From Candidatus Thorarchaeota archaeon (GTDB lineage: Archaea > Asgardarchaeota > Thorarchaeia > Thorarchaeales > Thorarchaeaceae), in NCBI GenBank assembly GCA_003345595.1, contig PRDI01000087.1:1-24729 (forward strand): a stretch of 24,729 nucleotides of DNA, read 5' to 3'. Made by a program: the position numbers and the translations under genes. The notes under the pieces were generated by a model. That model did not search any database and was not told the origin of the DNA. It saw only the letters and a list, made by a program, of their open reading frames with translations. Shown here in pieces: positions 7,921 through 17,496 of this stretch (position 1 is the stretch's first letter; each line of letters starts with the position of its first letter).

Positions 7921-8415
7921 TCAGGGTGAGTAAACCAGTGCCTTGATACAGGTAGCTTCCTTGTTCGCTGCTCGGACAACTTCCATCTTGACCTTGGGTG
8001 ATACACCTTCAGCAATCGCTCTCACGTATGGAAGGCACACGGAGTCGCAGTAGAGTTTGCCCTGTTTCATGAATTCTTCGTACTGGGGACAATACGGATG
8101 GTTAGTTTCAACCCTTGTTTCCGAAACCCACTTCGGCACCATCTTGGCACCCATTACGTTTCCCACCACCTTCCATGCATCCAGCGAGTCCCTCAGCGTG
8201 TCACCAAGTCCTAGACGAGTCTTCATGGTGGCGGCATCCTGTGCACCTAGGTTCCGGAAGATCTCTGCGACGGCATCAAGACCGGCTTGACCGAACCTAT
8301 CTTCGAGCACAGTCGGCATTTCGGTCATGAGCCTATTCAGGTTCCCTCTTAGTTCCTTCACCTTGTTTCCAGCCGGGATCAATCCTTTCACTGCGGCGGT
8401 CTTCGTGATTCCCAT
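7921..8415 (-). CDS. Hypothetical protein with ATC-hydrolase/V4R-like Cys-containing small-ligand-binding domain
   Basis: Start reassigned to ATG8415 (GGAG upstream); EDRFG..G..A..G..DA helix pattern, then YCP..YC...C..TC. Confidence 0.55.
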   Translation of the reverse strand: MGITKTAAVKGLIPAGNKVKELRGNLNRLMTEMPTVLEDRFGQAGLDAVAEIFRNLGAQDAATMKTRLGLGDTLRDSLDAWKVVGNVMGAKMVPKWVSETRVETNHPYCPQYEEFMKQGKLYCDSVCLPYVRAIAEGVSPKVKMEVVRAANKEATCIKALVYSP

Positions 8416-8709
8416 TTGCGGATTCTCCAGTATAAGAGCTTGAATGTCAGAGGAGTCGCAGTCTATCAATGGGTCGTATTAGGCTTCCTCTAGGTGACTG
8501 TATCGACGGAGGCGGCCTGACTGTGTCTCCCAACCGGACATCCTGCCCTGCACTGCGAAAACGGCTGGCAGTGTGGTCATGGACAGCAAGTCAGACCCCC
8601 AATCTTCTGCGCTGCAGACCCCTCTGGCTGATAACAGAAGTGTTCGTTCTGGTCTGTCGTGGACAATGTTCTTTAGTCGAGAATCGGCCGCAAGAACGGC
8701 GAATGGATT

Positions 8710-9729
8710 TTGGAGCTCGAAGGTATTGATCTGGCAAGCATGAGGAGCATGGTCCTCAGGTTCCCTGAGCTACTTGTCGCGAAGAAACCGGACATTCGTT
8801 TCCTGGAGAAAGCAAGGAGAGCCGGAGAATCAGGAATCAGCGGAATCTGCTTTGTTGGCATGGGTGGCAGTTCGATTGTCGGAGAGATCTGCCGGGGACT
8901 TCTGATTGAGCAATCCAACGTGCCAATACTCACTGTCAGGGATTACAGTCTTCCCAAAGTAGTTACTAAGAAGTGGGCAGTTATGGTAGTGAGCTACTCT
9001 GGTGACACAGAGGAAACACTGGCCTGCTTTGAGGAAACCCGGTCGAGAGGAGCCAAGATCTTTGTCATTACAACGGGGGGAACCCTCGCCGAACGTGCAC
9101 AAGGAAAGAACATACATGTGGTCCCGAAAGGACTTCAGCCACGGGCAGCCTTACCGCTGATGTTTTCCGCCATGTATCCCACTGTTGCGGCGCTCCTATC
9201 TCTTGAAACCACAGGCCTTGACGAGGTTTCAGCGAGTCTCCGACAACAAGCTCAGAACTGGGGAGCCACAATGGACTCTCCGTCGACACTAGCCGAGAAA
9301 CTGAAAGGTTCGGTGCCCCTGTTCATGGGATGGAAGCATTTGGTCCCTATTGCTTACAGAGCGAAGTGTCAGATGAACGAGAATGCCAAGACAGTTGCGT
9401 TTCACGGGGAGCTGCCAGAAGCAGACCACAACGAAATCGAAGCTGCCATGTCGTATAGCAGGCACTCGGTTGTTCCGGTCTTCCTTAGAAGCTGTTTTGA
9501 GGAGAGTACCATCAAAAGGCGTTTCGATGTGACTTCGGAAGTGCTTTCTGAGGCCGGATGCGAGTCAATCCACTTGAGGATCAGTACCGTTTCACCGCTT
9601 GAGGAATCGCTGGCGATGACTCACTACCTCGACATGACATCAGTTGAGCTTGCAGATTCTCTTGGCATTGATCCACTCAAAATTGACAGGATCGCACATC
9701 TCAAGAGGAAACTTGCCTCCGATTGGTAG
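8710..9729 (+). CDS. Bifunctional phosphoglucose/phosphomannose isomerase (double SIS domain)
   Basis: GMGGSSIVG, SYSGDTEET, TTGG, QPRAA, QMNENAK, PEADHNEIE. Confidence 0.92.
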   Translation: MELEGIDLASMRSMVLRFPELLVAKKPDIRFLEKARRAGESGISGICFVGMGGSSIVGEICRGLLIEQSNVPILTVRDYSLPKVVTKKWAVMVVSYSGDTEETLACFEETRSRGAKIFVITTGGTLAERAQGKNIHVVPKGLQPRAALPLMFSAMYPTVAALLSLETTGLDEVSASLRQQAQNWGATMDSPSTLAEKLKGSVPLFMGWKHLVPIAYRAKCQMNENAKTVAFHGELPEADHNEIEAAMSYSRHSVVPVFLRSCFEESTIKRRFDVTSEVLSEAGCESIHLRISTVSPLEESLAMTHYLDMTSVELADSLGIDPLKIDRIAHLKRKLASDW

Positions 9730-9793
9730 CGACTCAAATCGTTCAAACTGAATCTGTCACAATCTAAGGGTAAAGAAAGTCTCCTTCGTTGGA

Positions 9794-9828
9794 CAAGAAA
9801 AAGAGGAGAGGGAACCGGAGTCCCCTCT
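9794..9828 (-). terminator. Hairpin (9 bp, cUCCGg loop) plus pyrimidine tract after SBP-1
   Basis: Minus strand agaggggac-tccg-gttccctct, followed by a T-rich tract. Confidence 0.6.
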
Positions 9829-9837
9829 TTGTCAATA

Positions 9838-11667
9838 TCACTTCTGTCTTAGCAGGACGTATCCTCCGACTAGGATGACGACAGCAGCGCCCACTGCGCC
9901 TGCGATAATCGCCAGTGTTAGGTTGGGCTGAGTCGTGGTGGTTGTCGTAGTGGTTCCGGTGGGTGTCCTGTCAGGACCGTAGAAGTAGTTGGGGTTCCGA
10001 GTCTCCTCACAGGCCTCCCCTGCGAAGTAAGTAGACACGTTGAAAGGCCCTGACGTCACCATTGCCTCAGTTGGAGGCTGTGGGTTCCACGTATTCCAGT
10101 TGGCTATGCCAATGTTCTCGAAAACATGCTTCGGAATAATGGGCTTGTAGCCGACGACGTGGAGGTGCCAGTATGACTCAGTGCCGAACTCAACTACAAC
10201 TTGGTATGTTGTTGTCTGATAGGCTGCAGTCATTTCAGTCAGATCGGATCCATACGGGTTGCCGCTTGTATCACGATAGTAGTTCAATGTGAATGCTACG
10301 TCTTCAGCTGTCAGGGGGTGACCATCAGTCCAGCTCGCGTTCTGAATCAGGTTGAAGACAAATCGGGTATGACCCTCGGGTACGCTCTCGTCGTCTGCAT
10401 GAGTACTGGCCGTGTACGATTCAGCCAGCCACATCACATCGATCCCTTGCGGGTTTTGAACAATCAGACTGTCATATAGCTGATTCAGCACATTCTGAGT
10501 GTACGCAGACGTGCTAGCCATGTGGTTGAACGTGTCAAGGTCCAGAGGATTGCTCCATCTGAATGTGCCACCAAAAGGACCACCTTGAGAATCCTTCAGG
10601 TGCACCTTGTAGTTGGTCCAGAAGCCTGGCACGCCATCGTTCACGTCGTTAACGAAACCTTCGAACTTGTCAGTCCTGTACGCTGAAAGCAGGATGTTCT
10701 CGTAGCACATGATCTGTGGGCATTCGTAGACCCAGATCTTCTGCATCTCTATAGCTGCCTCATAGACCTCATCATAGTCGGTCGAGTGAAGTAGCTGATC
10801 TCTCCAAGAGTCGTATGATGCGTTTCTGAAGTTTGCGAAGTTCCAGTAGGGTTCGTCAGCATACTCAGACCAGAACTCATATGCGAGCCAGTCGACGTCC
10901 ATGTTGTTGAAGCTTGAACCCAGAAACACTATGTCATAGTCGCCATGGAAATACAGACGGTTCAGATACTCATAGAAATCGGTGGCCTGAGAGTCGCCAT
11001 TAACATGCAGCGAGATGAGCGCGTCAGCTACCACTTCTCCAACTTGGACGGCGATGTTGGAGCTTTGGGAGCATTCAACAAGGATGTCAAAATCACTGCC
11101 GTCAGGTGCTTCTCTGAACCCATCAGCATCAACATCTGCAAAGCCTGCATCATCAAGCATCTGGTTGCCCTGAGCGACATTGGCTTCATAGTACGTGTAG
11201 GGCAGGAGACCCTCAATGGAGAACGGGTTTACTTTCGCCACGCATGAGTCAAGTGGCTCCGACAGCCCGTCCCAGACCTGGTCAGAGATCCTCTCCTTGT
11301 CGACAGCAAAGGCTAGAGCCCTTCTGAAGGCCGTTATGTTGAGAGGGTACTTCGCGGTGTTGATTGTCACATAGCCGTACCCGTTCCTGAGTACGTTTGC
11401 GACCTCGACGTTTTCTGCCGCCTGCAGAGATGGCAGGTGGGCAGGATCTACTTGTTCGCCAATGAGGTCAATCTCATTCGCCAACAGTGCGAGGACTTGT
11501 TGATCGTCGCCAGTGATGACCCGAAAGACGAGCTTGTCAACAAAGGGCCCTGCCTTCGAATCAAACGATCCTGTCTGCGCTGAAACAAAAGCGGGCGACA
11601 CTGCCATCAGCGCAAAAGCGACGACCAGAGATAGAGAGAGAATCCTCTTTGCAGTCGTGCGATTCAC
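9838..11667 (-). CDS. Oligopeptide/dipeptide ABC substrate-binding protein (family 5), circularly permuted, with N-terminal signal and C-terminal Thr linker + TM anchor
   Basis: FRRALAFAVDK, LDDAGF, GGTF, LYDSL, WTDGHPLTAEDVAFT, IIPKH, TSGPF, RNPNY; tail TTTTTTTT-TM-RQK. Confidence 0.93.
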   Translation of the reverse strand: MNRTTAKRILSLSLVVAFALMAVSPAFVSAQTGSFDSKAGPFVDKLVFRVITGDDQQVLALLANEIDLIGEQVDPAHLPSLQAAENVEVANVLRNGYGYVTINTAKYPLNITAFRRALAFAVDKERISDQVWDGLSEPLDSCVAKVNPFSIEGLLPYTYYEANVAQGNQMLDDAGFADVDADGFREAPDGSDFDILVECSQSSNIAVQVGEVVADALISLHVNGDSQATDFYEYLNRLYFHGDYDIVFLGSSFNNMDVDWLAYEFWSEYADEPYWNFANFRNASYDSWRDQLLHSTDYDEVYEAAIEMQKIWVYECPQIMCYENILLSAYRTDKFEGFVNDVNDGVPGFWTNYKVHLKDSQGGPFGGTFRWSNPLDLDTFNHMASTSAYTQNVLNQLYDSLIVQNPQGIDVMWLAESYTASTHADDESVPEGHTRFVFNLIQNASWTDGHPLTAEDVAFTLNYYRDTSGNPYGSDLTEMTAAYQTTTYQVVVEFGTESYWHLHVVGYKPIIPKHVFENIGIANWNTWNPQPPTEAMVTSGPFNVSTYFAGEACEETRNPNYFYGPDRTPTGTTTTTTTTQPNLTLAIIAGAVGAAVVILVGGYVLLRQK

Positions 11668-11983
11668 TTTTAGTTAGCCTCCTCACTACCGAGTCGAAAT
11701 GATATATCAATCACTGAACGGATGTGATTAAAGCGTGCTTATGTTTTGTTCAGCACATTAACGGCTTGAATGAGTAGCCTTAATAAGAAACGGCCATATC
11801 GCTGCCGATTTGCGTCGACACGAACGCTTAAAAGGCGTAACCCTGCCGTCGGGCGGCTTTTTTGTGGGTGACTTGGGGCATGTTACGCGTATCAAACATA
11901 GATGGTTGGGCGTGCCTAGGAACAGGCACAAGGATTCATCCAGTCTGAGCAAATGAGTTGTACCAACCATGAGTCAGCTTGTT

Positions 11984-12526
11984 TCATCCCGCAGTGTAGC
12001 CTTCGTGACTGAATACCAATACACGAATAGACTCGGACCGCGACTGGAACAGGTGGTAGAACATGGTGACACGTACATTGAAAGCCCACTCTCCTGCGCT
12101 TGAGGCGTTATACAGGACTTGTTTATCGAGCAGTTCCGTGATCGTGCTACCCACAGTGACGTTCTTGTTGTACCCCGATGTTAGGACGCGTTCAGCACCT
12201 GTGACTGACCTTTCGAAGGATGTGTAGTTCAGGGACCTGGCGTTGACAGAAACCCTTACCGAGAGATACATCATGTACGCCTCGCCACTTGCCACTTGCG
12301 GCGCTCCTACATTGAAGACGAATACCAAGGCTGGATTAACCGACTCATTGGTCGGGTCCAATGCATAAATCAGGATGTCTTCTAGGTCGAAGTGAAGGTG
12401 CTGAATGATGATGCCGCTTCCAGTGTAGAAAGATGTGGTGGAAACGAGGCCAATGCCACTTGTTACACCAAGGATGATCGTAATGGCGATTACTGCGTTC
12501 TGTGGTCTTGTGTTGGACAGCATCAT
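11984..12526 (-). CDS. Hypothetical membrane-anchored beta-rich protein (LEA_2/WHy-like pattern)
   Basis: Single N-terminal hydrophobic helix, alternating beta-strand pattern, N-X-S/T sequons (NES, NYT, NVT, NAS). Confidence 0.6.
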   Translation of the reverse strand: MMLSNTRPQNAVIAITIILGVTSGIGLVSTTSFYTGSGIIIQHLHFDLEDILIYALDPTNESVNPALVFVFNVGAPQVASGEAYMMYLSVRVSVNARSLNYTSFERSVTGAERVLTSGYNKNVTVGSTITELLDKQVLYNASSAGEWAFNVRVTMFYHLFQSRSESIRVLVFSHEGYTAG

Positions 12527-12591
12527 TCGTCGGAAAGGCGCTTCGTCCTGATGGATATCACCCTTGCGCTTGGCGCATCAGTTACATGCAA

Positions 12592-13461
12592 TCAAGAGGA
12601 ATAGAGTGCCAGCGCCACTATATGCATTAACCAAGGGAATAGACCTAACAATGCAGGCAATGGTATCCCGGGCAGGGCTTCTCCCGGACGTGCGATTACT
12701 GTGGCATTGATGAAGATGCCGAGTCCAGTCAAAGCCAAAGTCATCACTGTCACGTAGGCTGGAAAGAACACGAGTGAGTGGGTGGCGATGAGCGAGTAGA
12801 CGATGTAGTCGCCAACTCCGATTGACACTAGGCCAGACTTGATGCGGGTGTAGTCGAATGGGTCAGACCCTATATGATCAATAACCTGCTCTGTCTTAGT
12901 CGCTGGCGAGTACCGAATCAAGAAATAATCCTCCACGATGATTGACGCAATGAGCACAATCATGCTACTGGTGACCATCGTAATGCCCAGGAAAGTACCA
13001 AAGATGCTTCCATAGAATGCTACAAACACGTTCTTCAGAACAGGCGGAATGACATCTATCATAACAAGCACGATAGATATCATCGAAACGCCCAGCGACA
13101 CAAACAGTACGACGCCCTGCAATATGTCTGTCGACCCTTTGAACAAGACGAGAAGCAATGCCTGACCCAGAAAGATGGAGACAAATCCAAGAATCGGCGA
13201 AACGAGAAACGCCACGACAAGGCGCTTGGCACCGTGCCCTTCCCTTTCGACGACCCAGAATAGGGCCAACACAACAATCACTCCCAGACCAGTAGACACA
13301 ATCGCCTGTGTCGCCAGCTGAACGGGGGTGAAGCGATATGAGCCACCAACTATCTCTCCAATCAGAGAAGTGTCAAGCACAGAGAGTACTATGACAGAGC
13401 CTATGACTAAGGGCAGCACCGACAATAATAGAAGCAAACCGCGCTCCTTGTCTAGCTTCAT
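12592..13461 (-). CDS. Presenilin/signal-peptide-peptidase (A22, GxGD) intramembrane aspartyl protease homolog
   Basis: ~9 TM segments; IVEDYF (first catalytic Asp position), SIGVGDYIVYS (GxGD), ALPGIP/PALL near C-terminus; start reassigned to ATG13461. Confidence 0.75.
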   Translation of the reverse strand: MKLDKERGLLLLLSVLPLVIGSVIVLSVLDTSLIGEIVGGSYRFTPVQLATQAIVSTGLGVIVVLALFWVVEREGHGAKRLVVAFLVSPILGFVSIFLGQALLLVLFKGSTDILQGVVLFVSLGVSMISIVLVMIDVIPPVLKNVFVAFYGSIFGTFLGITMVTSSMIVLIASIIVEDYFLIRYSPATKTEQVIDHIGSDPFDYTRIKSGLVSIGVGDYIVYSLIATHSLVFFPAYVTVMTLALTGLGIFINATVIARPGEALPGIPLPALLGLFPWLMHIVALALYSS

Positions 13462-13583
13462 ATCGAGTTTCCTGCAAGACTGCAAGCAGTCGGGCGATAA
13501 AGAGGATGCTTTTGAAGCAATCCGCATCCAATTGGCATCACTCCGAGCGAATCAGCTAGTCCAGAAACGAATGACAAAGGCAG

Positions 13584-13615
13584 AAAAAAAGAAACAAGGG
13601 GACCTCAGTCCCCTT
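13584..13615 (-). terminator. Hairpin plus U tract after SBP-2
   Basis: Minus strand aaggggac-tgag-gtcccctt-gtttcttttttt. Confidence 0.7.
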
Positions 13616-13625
13616 CTGTACTAGC

Positions 13626-15452
13626 CTACTTCTGTCTCAGCAGGATGTATCCACCAACGAGGATAACCACAGCCGCACCGACTGCACCTGCGACAATAGC
13701 CAGTGTTAGGTTGGGCGGAGTTGTGGTGGTCGTCGATGTGGTTCCGGTTGGTGTCCTGTCAAGACCGTAGAAGTAGTTGGGGTTCCAAGTTTCCTCACAG
13801 GCTTCGCCTGCGAAGTAACTAGACACGTTGAACGGTCCTGAGGTCACCATCTCCTGAGTTGGAGGCTGCGGGTTCCATGTGTTCCAGTTGGCTGCGCCAA
13901 TCGCCTCGAATACGTGCTTTGGAATGATTGGCTTGTAGCTAACGGTGTGTAGGTACCAGTATGACTCGCCAGCGAACTCAACAACAAGCTGGTAGGTGGT
14001 TGTCGAATATGCTGCTGTCATCTCAGTCAGGTCTGAACCATATGGGTTGCCTGGTGCCTCACGGAAGAAGTTCAACGTGAATGCTACGTCTTCAGCTGTT
14101 AGAGGCTCACCATCAGACCAGGTTGCATTCTGGAGGATGTTGAATGTGAACCTGGTGTGACCTTCCGGCACAGCCGGATTGTCGCTGTGAGTCTGGGCAG
14201 TATACGACTCAGCCAGCCAGTTCACGTCAGCACCGCTTGAGTCCTGAATGATCAGACTGTCGTATAACTGGTTGAGCACATTCATGGTGTATGCGGATGA
14301 GCTCGCCATGAAGTTGAACGTGTCAAGGTCCAACGGGTTGCTCCATCGGAACGTGCCGCCAAACGGGCCACCTGAAGAGTCCTTCAGATGTACCAGATAG
14401 TTGGTCCACCAACCGGGAACACCTGCGTTGACGTCATTGACGAAACCTTCGAACCTGTCAGTCCTGTAAGCCGACAGCAGAACGTTCTCGTAGCAGATGA
14501 TCTCTGGGCAGTTGTAGACCCAGACCTTCTGCATCTCTATGGCTGCCTCATACACTTCATTGTAGTCTGTCGAGTGAAGCAGCTGGTCCCTCCATGCGTC
14601 ATAGGAGGCATTGCCCCAGCATGGGAAGTTCCAGTATGGTTCGTTGGCGTATCCAGACCAGAACTCGTACCCAAGCCAGTCAACGTCCATGTTGGTAAAG
14701 CTCGCACCGAGGAATACCATGTCGAAGTCGCCGTGGAAGTAGAGACGGTTCAGGTATTCGTAGAAGTCAGTTGCCTGGGAGGTTGCCTGAACGTGAAGGG
14801 CGGTCAAGGCCTGCGCAGCTTTCTGGCCAACTTCAATGGCTATGGGTGACGACGAAGCGCACTCGACAAGGACATCAAAGTCGTCGCCGTGAGGTCCCTC
14901 ACGGATAGTGTCGTTGTCGATATCAAGGAAGCCCGCTGCATCCAGCAGCTCTGCACCCTTGGCAACGTTCGCCTCATAGTAGGTGTAGGGCAGAAGGCCC
15001 TCACATGAGAATGGGTTCACCTGTGGCACACAGGAGTCCTGTGGCGAGGATAGACCATCCCATACCTGATCCGATATCGCTTCCTTGTCAAGAGCAAAAG
15101 CGAGGGCTCTCCTGAAGGAAGTGTAGTTAAACGGATACTTGTTGGTCTTGATAACGAGGTAGCCGTACCCATTCCTGAGTACGTTCACCACGTCGATGTT
15201 CTCTGCCGCCTGTAGAGCTGGCAGATACGTGGGATTGACCATCTCACCGATAAGGTCAATCTCGTTGTTCTGGAGCGCTAGCACCTCTTGGTCTTCTCCT
15301 GTTATGACCCTGAACACAAGCTTGTCCACATACGGTCCACTCTTTGAACCGGACACTGCGAGTGAAGTCACAAACAGTGGTGAAACTGCCATCAGGGTAA
15401 AAGCAGCGACCAGTGAGATAGCAAGCACTCTCTTTGCACGACTGCTAAACAT
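13626..15452 (-). CDS. Oligopeptide/dipeptide ABC substrate-binding protein (family 5), paralog of 9838..11667
   Basis: Same motifs in the same order; long identical blocks; near-identical C-terminal anchor. Confidence 0.93.
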   Translation of the reverse strand: MFSSRAKRVLAISLVAAFTLMAVSPLFVTSLAVSGSKSGPYVDKLVFRVITGEDQEVLALQNNEIDLIGEMVNPTYLPALQAAENIDVVNVLRNGYGYLVIKTNKYPFNYTSFRRALAFALDKEAISDQVWDGLSSPQDSCVPQVNPFSCEGLLPYTYYEANVAKGAELLDAAGFLDIDNDTIREGPHGDDFDVLVECASSSPIAIEVGQKAAQALTALHVQATSQATDFYEYLNRLYFHGDFDMVFLGASFTNMDVDWLGYEFWSGYANEPYWNFPCWGNASYDAWRDQLLHSTDYNEVYEAAIEMQKVWVYNCPEIICYENVLLSAYRTDRFEGFVNDVNAGVPGWWTNYLVHLKDSSGGPFGGTFRWSNPLDLDTFNFMASSSAYTMNVLNQLYDSLIIQDSSGADVNWLAESYTAQTHSDNPAVPEGHTRFTFNILQNATWSDGEPLTAEDVAFTLNFFREAPGNPYGSDLTEMTAAYSTTTYQLVVEFAGESYWYLHTVSYKPIIPKHVFEAIGAANWNTWNPQPPTQEMVTSGPFNVSSYFAGEACEETWNPNYFYGLDRTPTGTTSTTTTTPPNLTLAIVAGAVGAAVVILVGGYILLRQK

Positions 15453-15757
15453 TTTCTCTCTCTATCTCCTCCGAGTCGAAGACGGATTGGTCTTGCTGAG
15501 AAGGAATGCCTAATAAAAGGCTTATGTAGGGTTGGATACACATAGGGAGGATATGACTTTGGGGTCATTGCCTCGGGTCGCCAGACAGAGCCCAGTCAGA
15601 CAGCGTGAGCAGATCGCGAACTCATAGCTTAGAGAGGACGTCGGCTCGAGGCCTGCATCTTGCTGCAAGAAATACGGGAAATGGACGAAGCAAGGACAGG
15701 CCCATCTGTGGATTCGACATGTAGTGTTGACCTCTGGGTGTCTGACTCTTTTGCCGC

Positions 15758-17365
15758 CTATCGCTCCCTGAGCCGCGGGTTCAGAATTTGATCAAGGGTA
15801 TGGCCAACAAAGGTAAAGGACAGCGAGAGGACGGTTATCATTAAGCCCGGGAATATCACAATCCACCAGGCCCCATTGCTAAACCCGCCCGAGCCCTGAG
15901 CATCGGCCAGCATCCGACCCCAGCTGGGTTGACTCGGATCAGTCAGACCAAGAAATGCCAGTCCAGACTCAGAGAGAATAGCACCTACAACACCAAGAGT
16001 CACATCGGCGAACAAGATGGGTGTGACGTTGGGAAATATGTGACGGTAGATAATGTAGGTGTCCGACGCCCCAATCGCGCGGGCTGACTCCACATAGGCC
16101 TTGTTCTTTTCAGCCATGACTTGCGACCGTATGAGCCTCGATGTCCCAGTCCACCCCAACAGGGAAATCACAATAATGATGTTTATGATCGTGGGTCCCA
16201 AGAAAGCGGCCAAAACCATCATCAGGGGAAGTCCGGGTATCACAAGAAGGAAGTCGACAATACGCATGAGAATCTCGTCGATCTTTCCGCCAAAGTAACC
16301 TGCGGTCATTCCGACGGCAACACCTACAATCGAGGAAAGGGCAGTCGCCAATGTGCCAATCAAGAGAGAAACCCTACTGCCGTACACAAGCTGACTCCAA
16401 GCATCAGCACCCTTGTCCGTCGTCCCGAGGATTCCGAAGTAGTCGCCGAACGCGATCACACTAAGCTTGCGCACGCTGACTGTGACTGAACCGTTATAGT
16501 CCAAGTTTGTGCGCATGTTTCTGGACGGCACTAGACCAACTGCAAGGGTAAGTTCATTGCTGGGGTCAGTATGCTTCACTATACCTTCCCACCCCTCAAT
16601 AATGTCAAAGTAGTTGAGGTCAATCACACGCATCTGGTAGATGGATGCGTAGGGAGGGTATGACTGGTAGACTCGCCACCAGTTGCCAGCCGAGTCGACA
16701 AGCCACATGTATAGCTTGAACATCAAACCACCCGCTTCACGGGAGGCGAAGTCCCCTGTAGTCTCCGCCGCAAAGTCTATCGTGACATTGACATCACTAG
16801 GCAGTTTAGCGTAAGTCCAGTTGAATGAGTATGAGAAGTATACGAAGTCTAGGCAATCAGGCAGGTTGCCTGTGCTGTCAATCGGTGTGCGAAAGTGTAA
16901 TGTTTGGTTTGTCAGATGGGTCCAGGTCATCTCCACTCGGTTGAAGTCAGTCCCGCCCCCTGACGGCAGATAAGAATACGAGAACTGGTTCGGGGCAGTG
17001 CCGTTGACAACAAAGTCAGGGGTCAAGCCCATATTGGGGTCCTTGATGACGTCAGATGTCACGACTCCTCCTGGATCGAAGACCTGCATCCAAGCCGGAG
17101 CCAAGAAGCTCGGTGCAACCTTCGCACCCGGCGAAGGACTATACTGAACGAGATATGGGGCTCCAATGGCCATGCCAACGTATGCTAACAGAAGTGCTAG
17201 ACCTATGATACCAATCTTGTGGCGTCTGTACTCCTTCCAGAATGCCGTAGACGCACTGTACCAGTTGCTGTCGCGCCAGCTTTTCTTCATGCGTTTCTCA
17301 AGCGTCAAACCCAACACCTGCGGATTCGTGAGGAGCAGTACGATACCTGAGGTTGTAAGACACAT
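15758..17365 (-). CDS. oppC: Peptide ABC permease DppC/OppC-like with large extracellular insert; true start probably ~17290-17310
   Basis: LGTTDKGADAWSQLVYGSRVSL, GYFGG, DFLLVIP, YVESARAIGAS (EAA loop), HIFPN, SWGRML, LNPRLR. Confidence 0.9.
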   Translation of the reverse strand: MCLTTSGIVLLLTNPQVLGLTLEKRMKKSWRDSNWYSASTAFWKEYRRHKIGIIGLALLLAYVGMAIGAPYLVQYSPSPGAKVAPSFLAPAWMQVFDPGGVVTSDVIKDPNMGLTPDFVVNGTAPNQFSYSYLPSGGGTDFNRVEMTWTHLTNQTLHFRTPIDSTGNLPDCLDFVYFSYSFNWTYAKLPSDVNVTIDFAAETTGDFASREAGGLMFKLYMWLVDSAGNWWRVYQSYPPYASIYQMRVIDLNYFDIIEGWEGIVKHTDPSNELTLAVGLVPSRNMRTNLDYNGSVTVSVRKLSVIAFGDYFGILGTTDKGADAWSQLVYGSRVSLLIGTLATALSSIVGVAVGMTAGYFGGKIDEILMRIVDFLLVIPGLPLMMVLAAFLGPTIINIIIVISLLGWTGTSRLIRSQVMAEKNKAYVESARAIGASDTYIIYRHIFPNVTPILFADVTLGVVGAILSESGLAFLGLTDPSQPSWGRMLADAQGSGGFSNGAWWIVIFPGLMITVLSLSFTFVGHTLDQILNPRLRER

Positions 17366-17496
17366 CTTGCCAGTTGGCCAGATTTGCCAATGCCCAGAGT
17401 AAGGAGCCTGCGGCCTTTGGCATCCTTATCAACGTTATGCATTGAGCCATTCAAACCGCATCGGTTTAACTGAGAGTCAACTATGGGATAAAGTTG

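Noticed and set aside
8479-8580. 33-aa minus-strand sORF (MTTLPAVFAVQG..) and overlapping 86-aa plus ORF 8469..8729
   Set aside because: No RBS or recognisable motif; only a weak TTATCA upstream; likely divergent promoter spacer
9930-9965. Trinucleotide-like repeats here and at ~13720-13750
   Set aside because: They encode the Thr-rich linker; not CRISPR or VNTR
11828-11864. Plus-strand hairpin + T6 (gccgtcgggcggctttttt)
   Set aside because: Short stem and no supported plus-strand gene upstream; ORF 11758..11970 is also unconvincing
15553-15627. 24-aa plus-strand sORF after GGGAGG
   Set aside because: RBS only 2 nt from ATG, opposite to locus orientation, no recognisable features
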